This document shows, in pieces, positions 53,541 through 64,000 of a stretch of 64,000 nucleotides of DNA. A program made the translations under genes and the position numbers. Every line of letters starts with the position of its first letter. The first letter of the stretch is position 1. The notes under the pieces are model-generated. The model saw only the letters and a list, made by a program, of their open reading frames with translations, was not told the origin of the DNA and did not search any database. The stretch comes from Camelus dromedarius (Eukaryota): positions 32,118,001-32,182,000 of the forward strand of contig NC_087436.1 in NCBI RefSeq assembly GCF_036321535.1. The letters are read 5' to 3'.

Positions 53541-55497
53541 CTGTAAATTTTGCAGCATAAAGTAACAGACTAGAAGTCATGATTTCTGATAAGTATGACT
53601 CCAAAAATAAGACTAGTCAAGGGGCTGAGCTTTCTTACCCAGTTTCTTACCATCTAGTATCTTACTTGCTGGGAAGAGGAAAAGCTGGCCCAAGAAGATG
53701 GGAGTGTTAATAAAATCCCCTGCAACTACACCACATTCCTCACCTAATTTTATTCTCTTAATCTAGTAATCTCCAAACTAGAATAAGTCTACCCTGAGAT
53801 TCTACAAGTACTTTCTAAGGGGAATACAAGCACAGATAATTTTAAGGAAATCAGTTCCATTTACTGAAATTTCGCCTACTCTTTCCTAAAATTGAGCTGC
53901 CTAAAATATGACTGAGGTTGAGGTGTCTCAACAATTCAACTTTCCGATTTCAAATCATTTTTTAAATCAATCTTTTCTCCTCTCACCCATCACAGGTCTC
54001 ACTGTGGCAAACTGCTCCCATGTGCAAAAAGCCTCTAAGGCACCATACGAAGGAACAATTGTAAATATTGATGTCAATATTTAATTTAATCAAGGCATGA
54101 TAAGCAGCAGATTTCCTGACTTTCCTTATCTTAAATATGTTTCTTTTAGGAGAAAAGCATGGTGCTAGAAATTGGGTATTTTGGTCTGTGTTGTGGTGTT
54201 CTGAATTCAGATATATTGTAGAGTTGGGTAGCAGAAGTTATGATCATTTTTGCCTAATGCCATTTCCTCTTCCACTCCCTGATGCTGTCAAAGAAGACTG
54301 TTGAGACAGCAATAGGGTCCTACTTCATATGGGTAACAAACTCACAGTAAAGTTTCATGTTACATATATCTATCTCAGAATTCAAAAATGGAAAATTTGT
54401 GAAAAACATTCTGGGAAATACCCATCAGCTGCAAGGCACACCTGCTCAATAATGAGAAAGAACGTGATATCATCCTCATGTGTTTCAATTGCATATTTCA
54501 AATTATTTCAAGGAAAGAGATGTTAAAAAATTCCAAATTTCCTTCCAACAGATCAATGTTACATGTAAAAGGAACATATATCAGAGCTACAGTAAAGTAT
54601 TGTAGTGTTTTTTGAACAATTACTCAAAACCCCTGGGAGAAAATATTTTCACTAATTTTCACCTAAGGATTACTGAATCCAGTAAGTCAATACTCATTTT
54701 GTTTTTTTACCCAAACACTTCTGCTCATTATCACCAGTTAACCATCTGTCACCTCATTAGTCATCTCTTTTACATAATAAACTTAGATTTAAATACATAA
54801 TTTTCTATTGTAAAGAATGCATTTAACAACAATCATTTATTCATCTTTTGTAAGCTCTGCACCTAATAATACCCCAACATGTTTTCTTATTCTGTCTTCT
54901 AGCAGAAAATTACATTCATAAACTAACTGGAGAGGGGGAACTCCATCCATTTCATTGAGACATATTTCCAATAAAATTTTAGTTCTCTTTAGTAATTATT
55001 TGTAAAAATCTGTAATGCAGTTATGATCAATTATGTGTTTCTAATAATAATTATAATAATAACTCAATCCAAAAGAAATTTTTGGTACTTAAGAATCTTT
55101 TGGTCATAGAAATTTTTTTTTAATTATAAATAATTTTTTATTGCAGAAAAGAAAGATTGGATAAGTAATAAAATACATTTGAGCATAAAATATATTTTTA
55201 AGACTTCTGTGGGGAAGTAGAATAAAAATACAAATTCAAAGAGAAAATAGAATAATGTAAAGTTTCTGTAAAAATGGATGATAGTGATTTTAAATTTCTA
55301 TGGGATTTAATTTCATTAAATGCATTTTTAAGTGACATGACCCTTTTTATTTTCAAATGTTCATATTTACATTATACTAGAAATTACACTTTTTTGCAAT
55401 TAAGGACAAAAAATTTCACATGTAAACCTAAAAATTATTTTCTGTGGTATGTTATCAAAAATGTATAAAGATCATTGCCTTAACCCTTTCAGCTTAC

Positions 55498-55794
55498 CCA
55501 TGAGATCAACCTGGGACATGTGAATCCCCCTTGGGTAAGAAGTTAGCAGTCAGTTAGGGTAGTCCTGTTGCCATCTTCATAAGGCCACTTCAATACTGAT
55601 TTCACTTCTTTTGTGGAATGTTGTGGGGCCACTGGTAAAGTGTAGGCTTTGTTTCCAGAATGTCCTGAATGGGTCAGAACAATACATCAATTAAATCAGC
55701 TCCCATACTATTCTGTACCCAAGGCTGTAATTCACAAACTGTTCTATTTGCCACCTCAAATTTCCCACGAACTTGTTCATCATTATCAGAAGCT
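55498..55794 (-). pseudogene. Candidate pseudo-exon, 297 nt
   Basis: Acceptor ttatttggtctttttag; donor GG|gtaagc; length divisible by 3. One frame reads ASDNDEQVRGKFEVANRTVCELQPWVQNSMGADLIDVLF*PIQDILETKPTLYQWP; the frame is ambiguous. Confidence 0.55.
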
Positions 55795-56604
55795 CTAAAA
55801 AGACCAAATAACATAAACATACTGTAAAAATTAAGAGCCAAAAAGATGTCCTCGATTTTATTACGACGCCTTCCCAATATGAATTTTCCAGCAAGAAGTG
55901 AAACATTCAGAGATCACATTATCTTTTTCTTCCAAATTATAGCCCAAAGTAATTAGTACCAACTTCATGTTAAAGTCCAAAATTATTAACGTCCAACATT
56001 GAACTCTCTTGCTCTTATGAATTAAAGTTCAAACAACAGGTTGTGTCACTGCCTGGCAGTGAACTTAGCTCCCAAACCTGGAGCTCCCGTTCCCTCAGAG
56101 GGCCTATCCTGTTAGCTTACCCCAAGCCTCCCTTGGCATGGGCAGGCCTGCCTTGGCACTGACAGACCTCTGTGAAACTCGTGGTATGAAGCAGCAGAGC
56201 AGAAAGCACACTTTCTGTGGGTGGCCTGGCTCCCATGAGAAAGGAAAGAGGAAGAAGGTGGGCTGCATGTGCCAAACTTACACATCAGGAAACTTGCTGG
56301 TGGTGCTGCAATAAAGTAGAGTGTTATGTTAGTGGCACCCCCTCCATACTTCAAGAAACATCTGATGTGGGAAAGAAGTGTTTTCCCCTAAAATAGAGAA
56401 ATAAAACAGAATTACAAGAAACAGTCTCTGTTATTTAAGAAATATTTATTGAGCTCAATTCCTAAGCTAGGTTTGCTGGGAGATATACAAGTGAATCAGA
56501 GCTGGATGCTAACAACCAACCACTAGCATTTGTAACATAGTCATATGTCAGTGCCATATATTTTAGAGTTTTGTTACAGCAGTGCCCTACTTCCAGCACC
56601 AATT

Positions 56605-57645
56605 TTTGTATTAGTATAGATTAGGCTTTATTTGCTACCAAACAACCCCAAATAACTCAGTGACTTAGAACAACAGAAATGTATTTCTTGGGGGGAACGT
56701 ATAGTTTAAGTGGTAGTGCACATGCTTAGCATGCACAAGGTCCCGGGTTCAATCCCTAGTTCCTCCTCCAAAAAAATAAAAATAAACCTAATTGCCTCCC
56801 ACCCTGCCAAAATTAAATAATAATAAATAAATGAAATTTTTTTTATAAAAGAAAGAAATGTATTTCTCATGCATACAAACGTGTGTTAGCTGAGGTCTCT
56901 TTTCCACTTTGTCCTGATTCAAGGACCCTGACTGATGGAAGCAGCCACCATGTGAAATACTGTTGGGCTGGTAGATTAAAGAAGGCCACAAATTCTTTGT
57001 CACTCTTCTCCCCAGTCCCCATCAAGAGGTGGAGTTTACTTCCCTTCCCCATGAAACTGAGATGGTCCTGTGTCGGCTTTTACCAACAGAATATGTTATT
57101 TCCAGGCTTAAGGCTTATAAAGACCTGGAAGCATTTGCTTTTGTGGTTTTCAGAGTCCTGAACCATCATGTAAGGTATCAGGCTACTCTGCAGAAGAAGC
57201 CATGTGAAGTGATGCCCTGGGATAACACTGGAAAGAAAGGCTCAGCCATCCTAGCATCCCAGTTGAGCCTCCAAATTACTCCAGCCCCATATAATACCTG
57301 CCTGGAATCATATGAGAGAACTCAAGCAAGAATAGACATCTGCCCATGAGCCCTTTCAACCCACAAACCATTAGAGATAATAAAATGGTTAATGTTTTAA
57401 GTCATTAAGATTTGGGATGGTTTGTTATGCAGCAATAGATAACTAAAACATTCTGTCACTGTACCAAAAAGAAAGAGCATGAGAAATTGTACGTGAGTTC
57501 TTAAAGCTTTTGCTTCAAAGTGACACAGATCACTTCAATCACACTTCAGTGGCCATGCTGAGTTCAGAGGAATAGGAAAATGCAAGTCTACTATGTGTGC
57601 ATGGGAAAAGAAATGGAAACATTTTGTTGGTTAGTACTAATACCT
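56605..57645. mobile_element. Nested MaLR (MLT1-type) LTRs: an outer element interrupted by the SINE and by an inner LTR at ~56965-57450
   Basis: Outer: AACAACCCCAAATAACTCAGTGACTTAG...CAGCCACCAT|...|TCACTGT. Inner ends TTTGTTATGCAGCAATAGATAACTAAAACA, a typical MLT1 3' end. Confidence 0.7.
56690..56853 (+). mobile_element. Vic-1-like tRNA-derived SINE (camelid)
   Basis: tRNA-like head with A/B boxes (TAAGTGGTAG...GGTTCAATCC), AT-rich tail, 14-bp TSD AGAAATGTATTTCT (56675-56688, 56854-56867). Confidence 0.85.
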
Positions 57646-58990
57646 CCCAGAGAAAGATCAGGTCTAGAGAGGTACATCTTCCATAGCGATGACAAGTCAA
57701 TCGGGGAATAATGGCTTAGGTTTGCTGGGGAAGGGAAGGCAGGAAAGCCACTTGTAGATATAGGGAGGCCTCTGAGTGCCAACTGAGTTTCTGAGATAGC
57801 TGAGCATCCCTGGGCATAAGTAACTGAGTAAAGGAAATGAGCATACAGGACAAGTCCCTTCATGTAGGAATGGAAGGGAAGGGAGGAAAGACAGAGCAAG
57901 TCACCAGTCAGAAAGTTACTGCAGTATTCAAAGCAAGAGTATCCTACTGGGAGAATTGGGGTGGGGGGGGGACCTCCCTCCTAGACCAGTTCAGAGGGCT
58001 TAGAATAAGCATAAATTACCCAGAGGACTCAAAAAAAAAAAAAAAAAAAGAAAAAGAAGAAGGAGAAGGAGGAGGAGGAGGGGAGGGGGAGGAGGAGGAA
58101 GAAGAAGAAGAGCTTCAAGTGTGAAGCTGAGTTACTTATTTTATCAAGAGTATAAAAGAAAAGGTTTAATTCCCATGGCAGATAATGTTAGTTACCTACC
58201 CAACATTCCCCACCCTACTTCCTTGACAACAGAACTTCAATACTGCTCAATTCCTCTCTTCCCTCCAAACTAATCAGGAAAAAGAAAACTACACACACAT
58301 AATTCAGTTACAAGGTAAATCCTGATTGGTCTAAGCCAGTGGTTCTCAACCAGTCTCATCTCTCTAGGGAGTATGTGTGGGGTGGAGTGGAAGAGGGTTG
58401 GGTTTTTTGGTGTCACAATGCCTGGGGTTGCTACTGACATTTAGTAGGAAGGTACCAGAGATGCTAAACGTCCAGCAATGTACACCACAGTCCTGCATAA
58501 GTTTCCAAAAGCCAGATAAACACTTACCAATCCTGGTAGTCCCACGCTCCTTGTCAGTTACTGCTTTAGGGACTAGCTAGCAACCTAGTTCTGGTAAATA
58601 AGATATAAGGAGTGGACTTCTGTGAAGCCTCTGGTATGGCTTCTTCCTGACTGTTGATGTTGTCCCAATCATATGACACCCAGGACTGCTACACACCTTC
58701 TCCCTAAAACCAGTTTCTTCCCAACTCCCTGTTTACGTAATTGGCACTTCCATTTCCTTTTACCATGTCCTAAAGCAGTTTTCGACTTCTATTAACCATT
58801 AACCTTAACCTTAGGATGACCACTCATGAGACTTGGGTGGGACAATCTGATTTTACTCCTATTCTTCCTGTGTAATTAATCGTGACTCCTTTCACTTACA
58901 AAATTACGCCAGATTGGAGAAGGACAGACCATACATGGTCACTTACACCCAATTAAATATTGCTCACTCTGCCTTAAGATGCCTCTAAAG

Positions 58991-59287
58991 CAAGGGTCAG
59001 CAAACTATGGCCTGTAGGCTGTTTTTGTACCTCTGGAAAGCAAAAAAAAAAAAAAAAAAGTCTTTACGTTTTTAAACAATTGAAAAAGTCAAAAGAATGA
59101 TATTCCATGATACCTAAAATTATATTAAAATTTCAGGGTCCACAGTTTTACTGGAACACAGCCATACTCATTCCTTTAAGAACTGTCTATGGCTGCTTTC
59201 TCACTACAAAGCAGAGTGAGTAATTATGACAAACAATGCCTAAAATATTAATGCTCGGCCCTTTAAAGAAAAGCTTACAGATGCCTG
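58991..59287 (+). mobile_element. hAT-Charlie MER58-like element
   Basis: Begins CAAGGGTCAGCAAACTATGGCC; 8-bp TSD CTCTAAAG / CTCTAAAA. Confidence 0.85.
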
Positions 59288-60049
59288 CTCTAAAACCACC
59301 ATTAGTTCAGTGTTCCTCACTTCCTGCACAAATATGGTAGCCTACTAATTGGTTTCCCATTCTTTTTTCCCAGTCCAATGCTTCACACACCTGGTAGATA
59401 CTCCATCTAGTGAAGAGTTTTGATTCTCACTTGCCCCTTCGTATCTTCAATGGTTCCTTCAAAACCAGCAATATGAAGTCCAAGCCTATCCCTTGATAAT
59501 GAAGACTACAACCTTGGTTTTCCAGAGTTTGCTCCTCTTCAGTACTTAAATCCCAAATGGATCATCTGCTGTTTCTCCAATAAGCATACCATACGTCCCC
59601 ATTGCCTGCCCACGTCTCTCCTTCATCCCATCAGCTCAAGATTAAATGAAAACTGTCACTCCCTCGGTACACCTTCATTCACCACAAGGGTAGTTCACAG
59701 CGGTGAGGCGGGATGGGGGGGGTGGTAATGGGGGAAACTCAGCGACACAAATACTACGGCGGGAGAGAGCACGTCAAATGAGTAAGTGAGGCGAGGGGCC
59801 CAGAATGAGGCTTCAGAACTGACATGTACGCTGGAATTTTCAGGACTCAAGAGGCTAGAAAATTCTAAAAGACCCAGGTAGACAAAAAGAAACTGTAAAT
59901 AAAGCTAGATGAGCAAACAGAAGGACTACCATATCCTATCCACTTCTCTACCGCTCCAGAGATTACGATTTAAGAAATAATGACACCTTTAGTCAAAAAC
60001 CTGAAAGAAAATTCTACAAGCCTTGGCCAAAACCACGGGGGAGTGGCTA

Positions 60050-61500
60050 CTCGGTGTCAGCGCACACAGCACGTACATTCCTTTGGCCAAATAATCCTCG
60101 TGAGGGTTCCGAGCGCTCTCTCCTTGTCTGGCGACTCCAGCTGGTCGCCAAAACTTCTGGGCAGTTGCTTTGCCTGCCCGCCCACGCTCCGGGCTTCTGG
60201 GCAAGCGCGACGGCGCCCTGGGGGTTGAGAGAGAGACACCCCTTATCTGTTTGCGAAAGCAGTTAAAACCATGTCGCGGCATCCCAGTAAACTACCAGCC
60301 CGCGCCCTCCGAAAGGCGCTAGGGCAGACCCCGCCTCAGCAGCCGCCTCCGCGCACGCCAAGCTCTCGGGAGAAGCGAGAGCGAAGAGGCGGGAGTTCGC
60401 GGACGCAAACCCAAACCTGGGAAGGGAAGCGATTCCTGGGCGCACGCGCACAGCGAGGGGACTGGGCGGAGCGTGCCTCCCAGAAAGGTTGCAGAGGAAA
60501 GGAGAGCGCGTGGCGCCCGAAACCCGCGCACGCGCAGTAGTCTCGTCCCGCCCATGCGCGCGCGCGGCCGGCGCAGCTTCTTTTCTTCAGGCCCGCCCCT
60601 CTCTTTTGCTTCAACTAGAGGAGGTGACGGGCGAGAGCAGAGACGTGTGGGGCGAGGTGGGCGGGGCGTCGCACGCGAGCGCGGCCTGCAAAAGGAGGGA
60701 GGGGAAGGGAGAGATCCAAGACTACGTTACCCCGTCAACACCCAATCGGGAGCCGGCCTGACCCCACCCCCTACCCTCACGTTATTGGCTGGGAGGGCCC
60801 ATGTGGGCGGGGCCAGCCGTGGGGTTGGGGAGGGCAGGGGGCGGGGAGGAGGAGGAAGGCGCTGGCGGGCAGTGATGGCGGCGGGTGATGGGGACGTGAA
60901 GCTAGGCACCCTAGGGAGTGGCAGCGAGAGCAGCAGCGACGGTAGCAGCGAGAGCCCCGGCAGCGCGGGAGCAGCAGCAGAAGGGGGTGGCTGGGCGGCA
61001 GCGGCGTTGGCGCTTCTGACGGGGGGCGGGGAGATGCTGCTGAACGTGGCGCTTGTGGCGCTGGTGCTGCTGGGGGCCTACCGGCTGTGGGTGCGCTGGG
61101 GGCGGCGAGGTCTGGGCGCTGGGGCCGGGGCGGGCGAGGAGAGCTCTGCCGCCACTCTGCCTCGTATGAAGAAGCGGGACTTCAGCTTGGAGCAGCTGCG
61201 CCAGTACGACGGGTCTCGCAACCAGCGCATCCTGCTCGCGGTCAATGGGAAAGTCTTCGACGTGACCAAAGGCAGCAAGTTCTACGGCCCGGGTGAGGAG
61301 TTGGAAGGGGAGGGGGAGGACCCCCTGCAGCTCAAGAGCATCCCCCTTCTGATGGGGAGGTGCCTGGGCACCGGGTTAGTTTGCCAGCCTTCTCGACGTC
61401 TGGACCCCCGCGCCTAGTCTGCGGCATCTGAAACGGCCCGCCCCCCACACACACCCGAGCTCGGGCACCTCCGGCGTTTCCCCCCAAAGTCGGATCCCAG
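60050..61500. promoter_or_regulatory. CpG island / TATA-less promoter of PGRMC2, probably bidirectional
   Basis: Dense CpG and high GC. NRF1-like GCGCACGCGCA at 60440-60450 and 60526-60536; CCAAT at ~60742 and ATTGG at ~60784; several GC boxes; TCTCGGGAGA (1 mismatch to the BANP motif) at 60364-60373. Confidence 0.88.
60875..61292 (+). CDS. PGRMC2: PGRMC2 coding exon 1 (membrane-associated progesterone receptor component 2): N-terminus, TM helix and start of the cytochrome b5-like heme/steroid-binding domain; the gene continues beyond the window
   Basis: Translation MAAGDGDVKLGTLGSGSESS...MLLNVALVALVLLGAYRLWVRWGRRG...DFSLEQLRQYDGSRNQRILLAVNGKVFDVTKGSKFYGP is recognisable PGRMC2. ATG at 60875; donor CCG G|GTGAGG at 61292/61293 (418 nt, phase 1). 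Confidence 0.97.
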
Positions 61501-64000
61501 TGTTGCCCCAGGAACCAGCTTTCATCTTTCTCCCATCCCATTTCTCCTCTCAGCCTTTTCCTGTGCTGAGTTTTTCAAAATCCTTTTAGTTGTCGCCTCA
61601 GCCTTTCCTGGGCTTTCTGATTCCTGGGATGGTTGGGGGCAGAAGGGAGGCAAGATTTCTAAAGTAGGGACCTAAAGTTTTAGGCCCTGTAATTCACAGC
61701 TTTCCTTTCTTTACTCTTCTTTTGCCGTTGATCTCCCTTTTCCCTCTACTACTGCCCATAAGGCCACGTTTAAGTATACGTAGTTCCAGGTCCCAACCCT
61801 CTAATCTGTGAAGTCCGGGCATATAAGCAACACTTCTAGAGTCTTCTTTTTTTTTTTTTTTAACCAGTTTTGGTATGGAGAGATGCTTTCCAAGACTAAC
61901 AGTGTATGTGGGATGACACAGACCAGAATGCAGATTCCTAATAACTGCTGGCAAGGTTATTCGCCCTGAGTTTTGGGTTTTGGGGGTGGAGCTCATATAC
62001 CCAGGAGGCGTGCCAATCTGGTTTCTTTCTATATCCTTTTTTTTTTTTCTGTCGTAGGGAGACACGCATCTAAATCCACGTTGATTATGACTTAATTGTG
62101 TTTTCACTGAGGAGAAAAAAAACTTTCAAAAAGCTATGAATTCCTATTCCCATGCACCAGTTCTGCAAGTTTAAAGATTTTTAGAACTTTGCTTTCATAG
62201 AACTGTTTATGTAGGGCACTTGGTTTAGAAACTTCTTTTACGATGTAGTTGGAGCATACATTTCAGATTATGCTGATAAACTTCAGTTCAGACTCAAGGA
62301 ACCTGTTGTACCGTAAAATTGAGCAACATTGTACATGCTGGTTTTGTAGTTATTCTAAGCTTTAGAAAAAAGTGACTACAATAAAAAGTAAACAACAAAA
62401 TTAGAAACCTAGAGTGACCTGTTAATTTGAAAGAGTACATCCAAGCCTTAATTCCAGGGGATTGGCAAATCTAAAAACAAGTTGGTTTCCTCGTTGATTT
62501 AATCTGTTAGTGAGATGTATTGACACTTGAAAATATATACTTCTGATTTTTGTGGTTAGATATGTTAGAAGTGCTGGAAGATATTTTAGAATTGCTTTGG
62601 TTTGTTCTTTCTTAATAAGAATAGAGAGAAGAAATTGGAGATTCTACATGTTGAAATATATATATGTCTTAGTTGCTTGTATTTTATGTGTATATCTGCA
62701 TTCAGTCCAACCAAGTCATTTGCTTCTGGTTATATAAATATGAAAACCAGATGTCTCCCTACTCATATCAGCTGAAATGGTTAACATACTTTTTTGTTTG
62801 TTTACTTAAGAGCGTGTGGGATAACACGGTAGGGCCAAAGTACAAAATTTAAACGGACAGACCAAGTAGTTAATTTTTTTTAGTCAAGGATTTATACAGT
62901 ATATATATTCAATGATTAGGAATTGTGTACAGATTTAGATTTTTAACGTAGAGTTTAACCAACTAGAAGATGTGCTTTTGTAGCCCCTATCTGAACTGAC
63001 AGTGAAGCAACCGAAGTATTAGTGCAAAGAAGCATATGAGTCTTCATAGATAATGCCTTGCCACTATCTGAAAATAGCTAGGAAGAAACAGTCATAGACA
63101 GTTTGGCAGCATCCAGTGGCAAATGTTCTGCAACAGAAATTTTAAAATTAAGATAAGAGTCATAGTTATAATTTAGATAGCCTTTGTGTGGCTTGAGCCA
63201 GTTAGCACCCTCCCCCCAGATAACAACAGAGAAGCTAGTTTAGGTTAGCTTCCACTGACTCCTAGGTCCTGATGAGCAGGCTAAGAGTGATATTCAGTTA
63301 TTTCATTCTAAGTACTTCTTGATTAACAACCTAATAGAGATATCTGGAGTATTTTATTATTGAAAGGTACCTTAAAGTTAACCAGATCATCTTATGGGCT
63401 TGAATATGTTGATATTTCACATCAATAGACGATATAACACTTTTCCAAAAGTCCTGAAGCCAAATTTCTGGCTACGAAACGGACTTGAGTTTTGATTTTA
63501 ATTTTCATTTCTGTCCTCAAATCAATCAAGCAGTTTTGTAGCAAAATAATTCAGAAGCAATAATCCTTATCTGAGACTCTTCGCAACTTAAGAATGAGCA
63601 AAGGAAACCAGAAAACCTAGTTTCAATGCCTAGCCAGTATCTACTCTCATTTCTCAATGGTTTTAGCATTAAAAGATTGTTTTGTGAGGCTTTTTTGACG
63701 TTGACGATATTGTTCTTGTTAGGCATACATTTTTAAAGTTCCAGTTCTTAAAAAATTAAATAATAAGTTTAATTTAGTGGAGAGAACACATAATGGCAAA
63801 CAGTTGGCATTAACTACATTTGTCAATATTAAATTTAGTAACAGTTCAGGCACTTGGCCAGGAGAATGGTCATGTAAGGAACAATGAAGATGGGAGGAGA
63901 AAAGAAACCAGGTTTCTTAAGCACTGACCACATCAGATCCATTGATTTGTCATTTCCACAATGCTTCAGTGAAGTTAGTAAATATTCCTGTCCTTCAGAT

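Larger units (their letters stand above)
965..55794 (-). pseudogene. Candidate decayed multi-exon gene (unitary pseudogene or spliced divergent transcript) head-to-head with PGRMC2; product unidentified
   Basis: About 20 minus-strand segments bounded by pyrimidine-tract/AG and GT donor consensus, lying in non-repeat islands, with a phase-continuous chain from 39207 to 8560. They contain many in-frame stops. Individual exons are listed below. Confidence 0.6.

Noticed and set aside
53760..55480. Possible degenerate hAT-type DNA transposon in an AT-rich block
   Set aside because: I could not identify terminal repeats or transposase motifs by eye; it needs a Dfam search.
56690..56765. tRNA gene
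   Set aside because: The degenerate stems, AT-rich tail and 14-bp TSD mark it as a SINE.
60473..61417. 314-aa ORF as the complete PGRMC2 protein
   Set aside because: It runs through the exon-1 donor at 61293 into intron, and begins at a GTG in GC-rich promoter DNA where long open frames are expected.

Overview
Mammalian genomic DNA, most likely camelid, judging from a Vic-1-type tRNA-derived SINE at 56690-56853. The only intact coding feature is PGRMC2 exon 1 (60875-61292, + strand), which sits in a CpG-island promoter near the right end. The upstream 60 kb is rich in L1, L2, MIR, LTR and DNA-transposon relics. The main unexpected signal is a chain of about 20 minus-strand exon-like segments with splice-site consensus. 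They lie in repeat-free islands from about 55.8 kb down to about 1 kb, and 16 of them splice in one continuous phase. This looks like the fossil of a large (~1000-codon) gene lying head-to-head with PGRMC2, i.e. a candidate unitary pseudogene or exon scaffold of a divergent lncRNA. It is inferred by eye and needs homology confirmation. Also notable: a TSD-flanked 3.1-kb L1 lacking almost all of ORF2 (HAL1-like or spliced L1), a U6/L1 chimera, two short local duplications and a PGRMC2 uORF overlapping the start codon. Repeat family names and boundaries are from recognition and are approximate unless a TSD is given.
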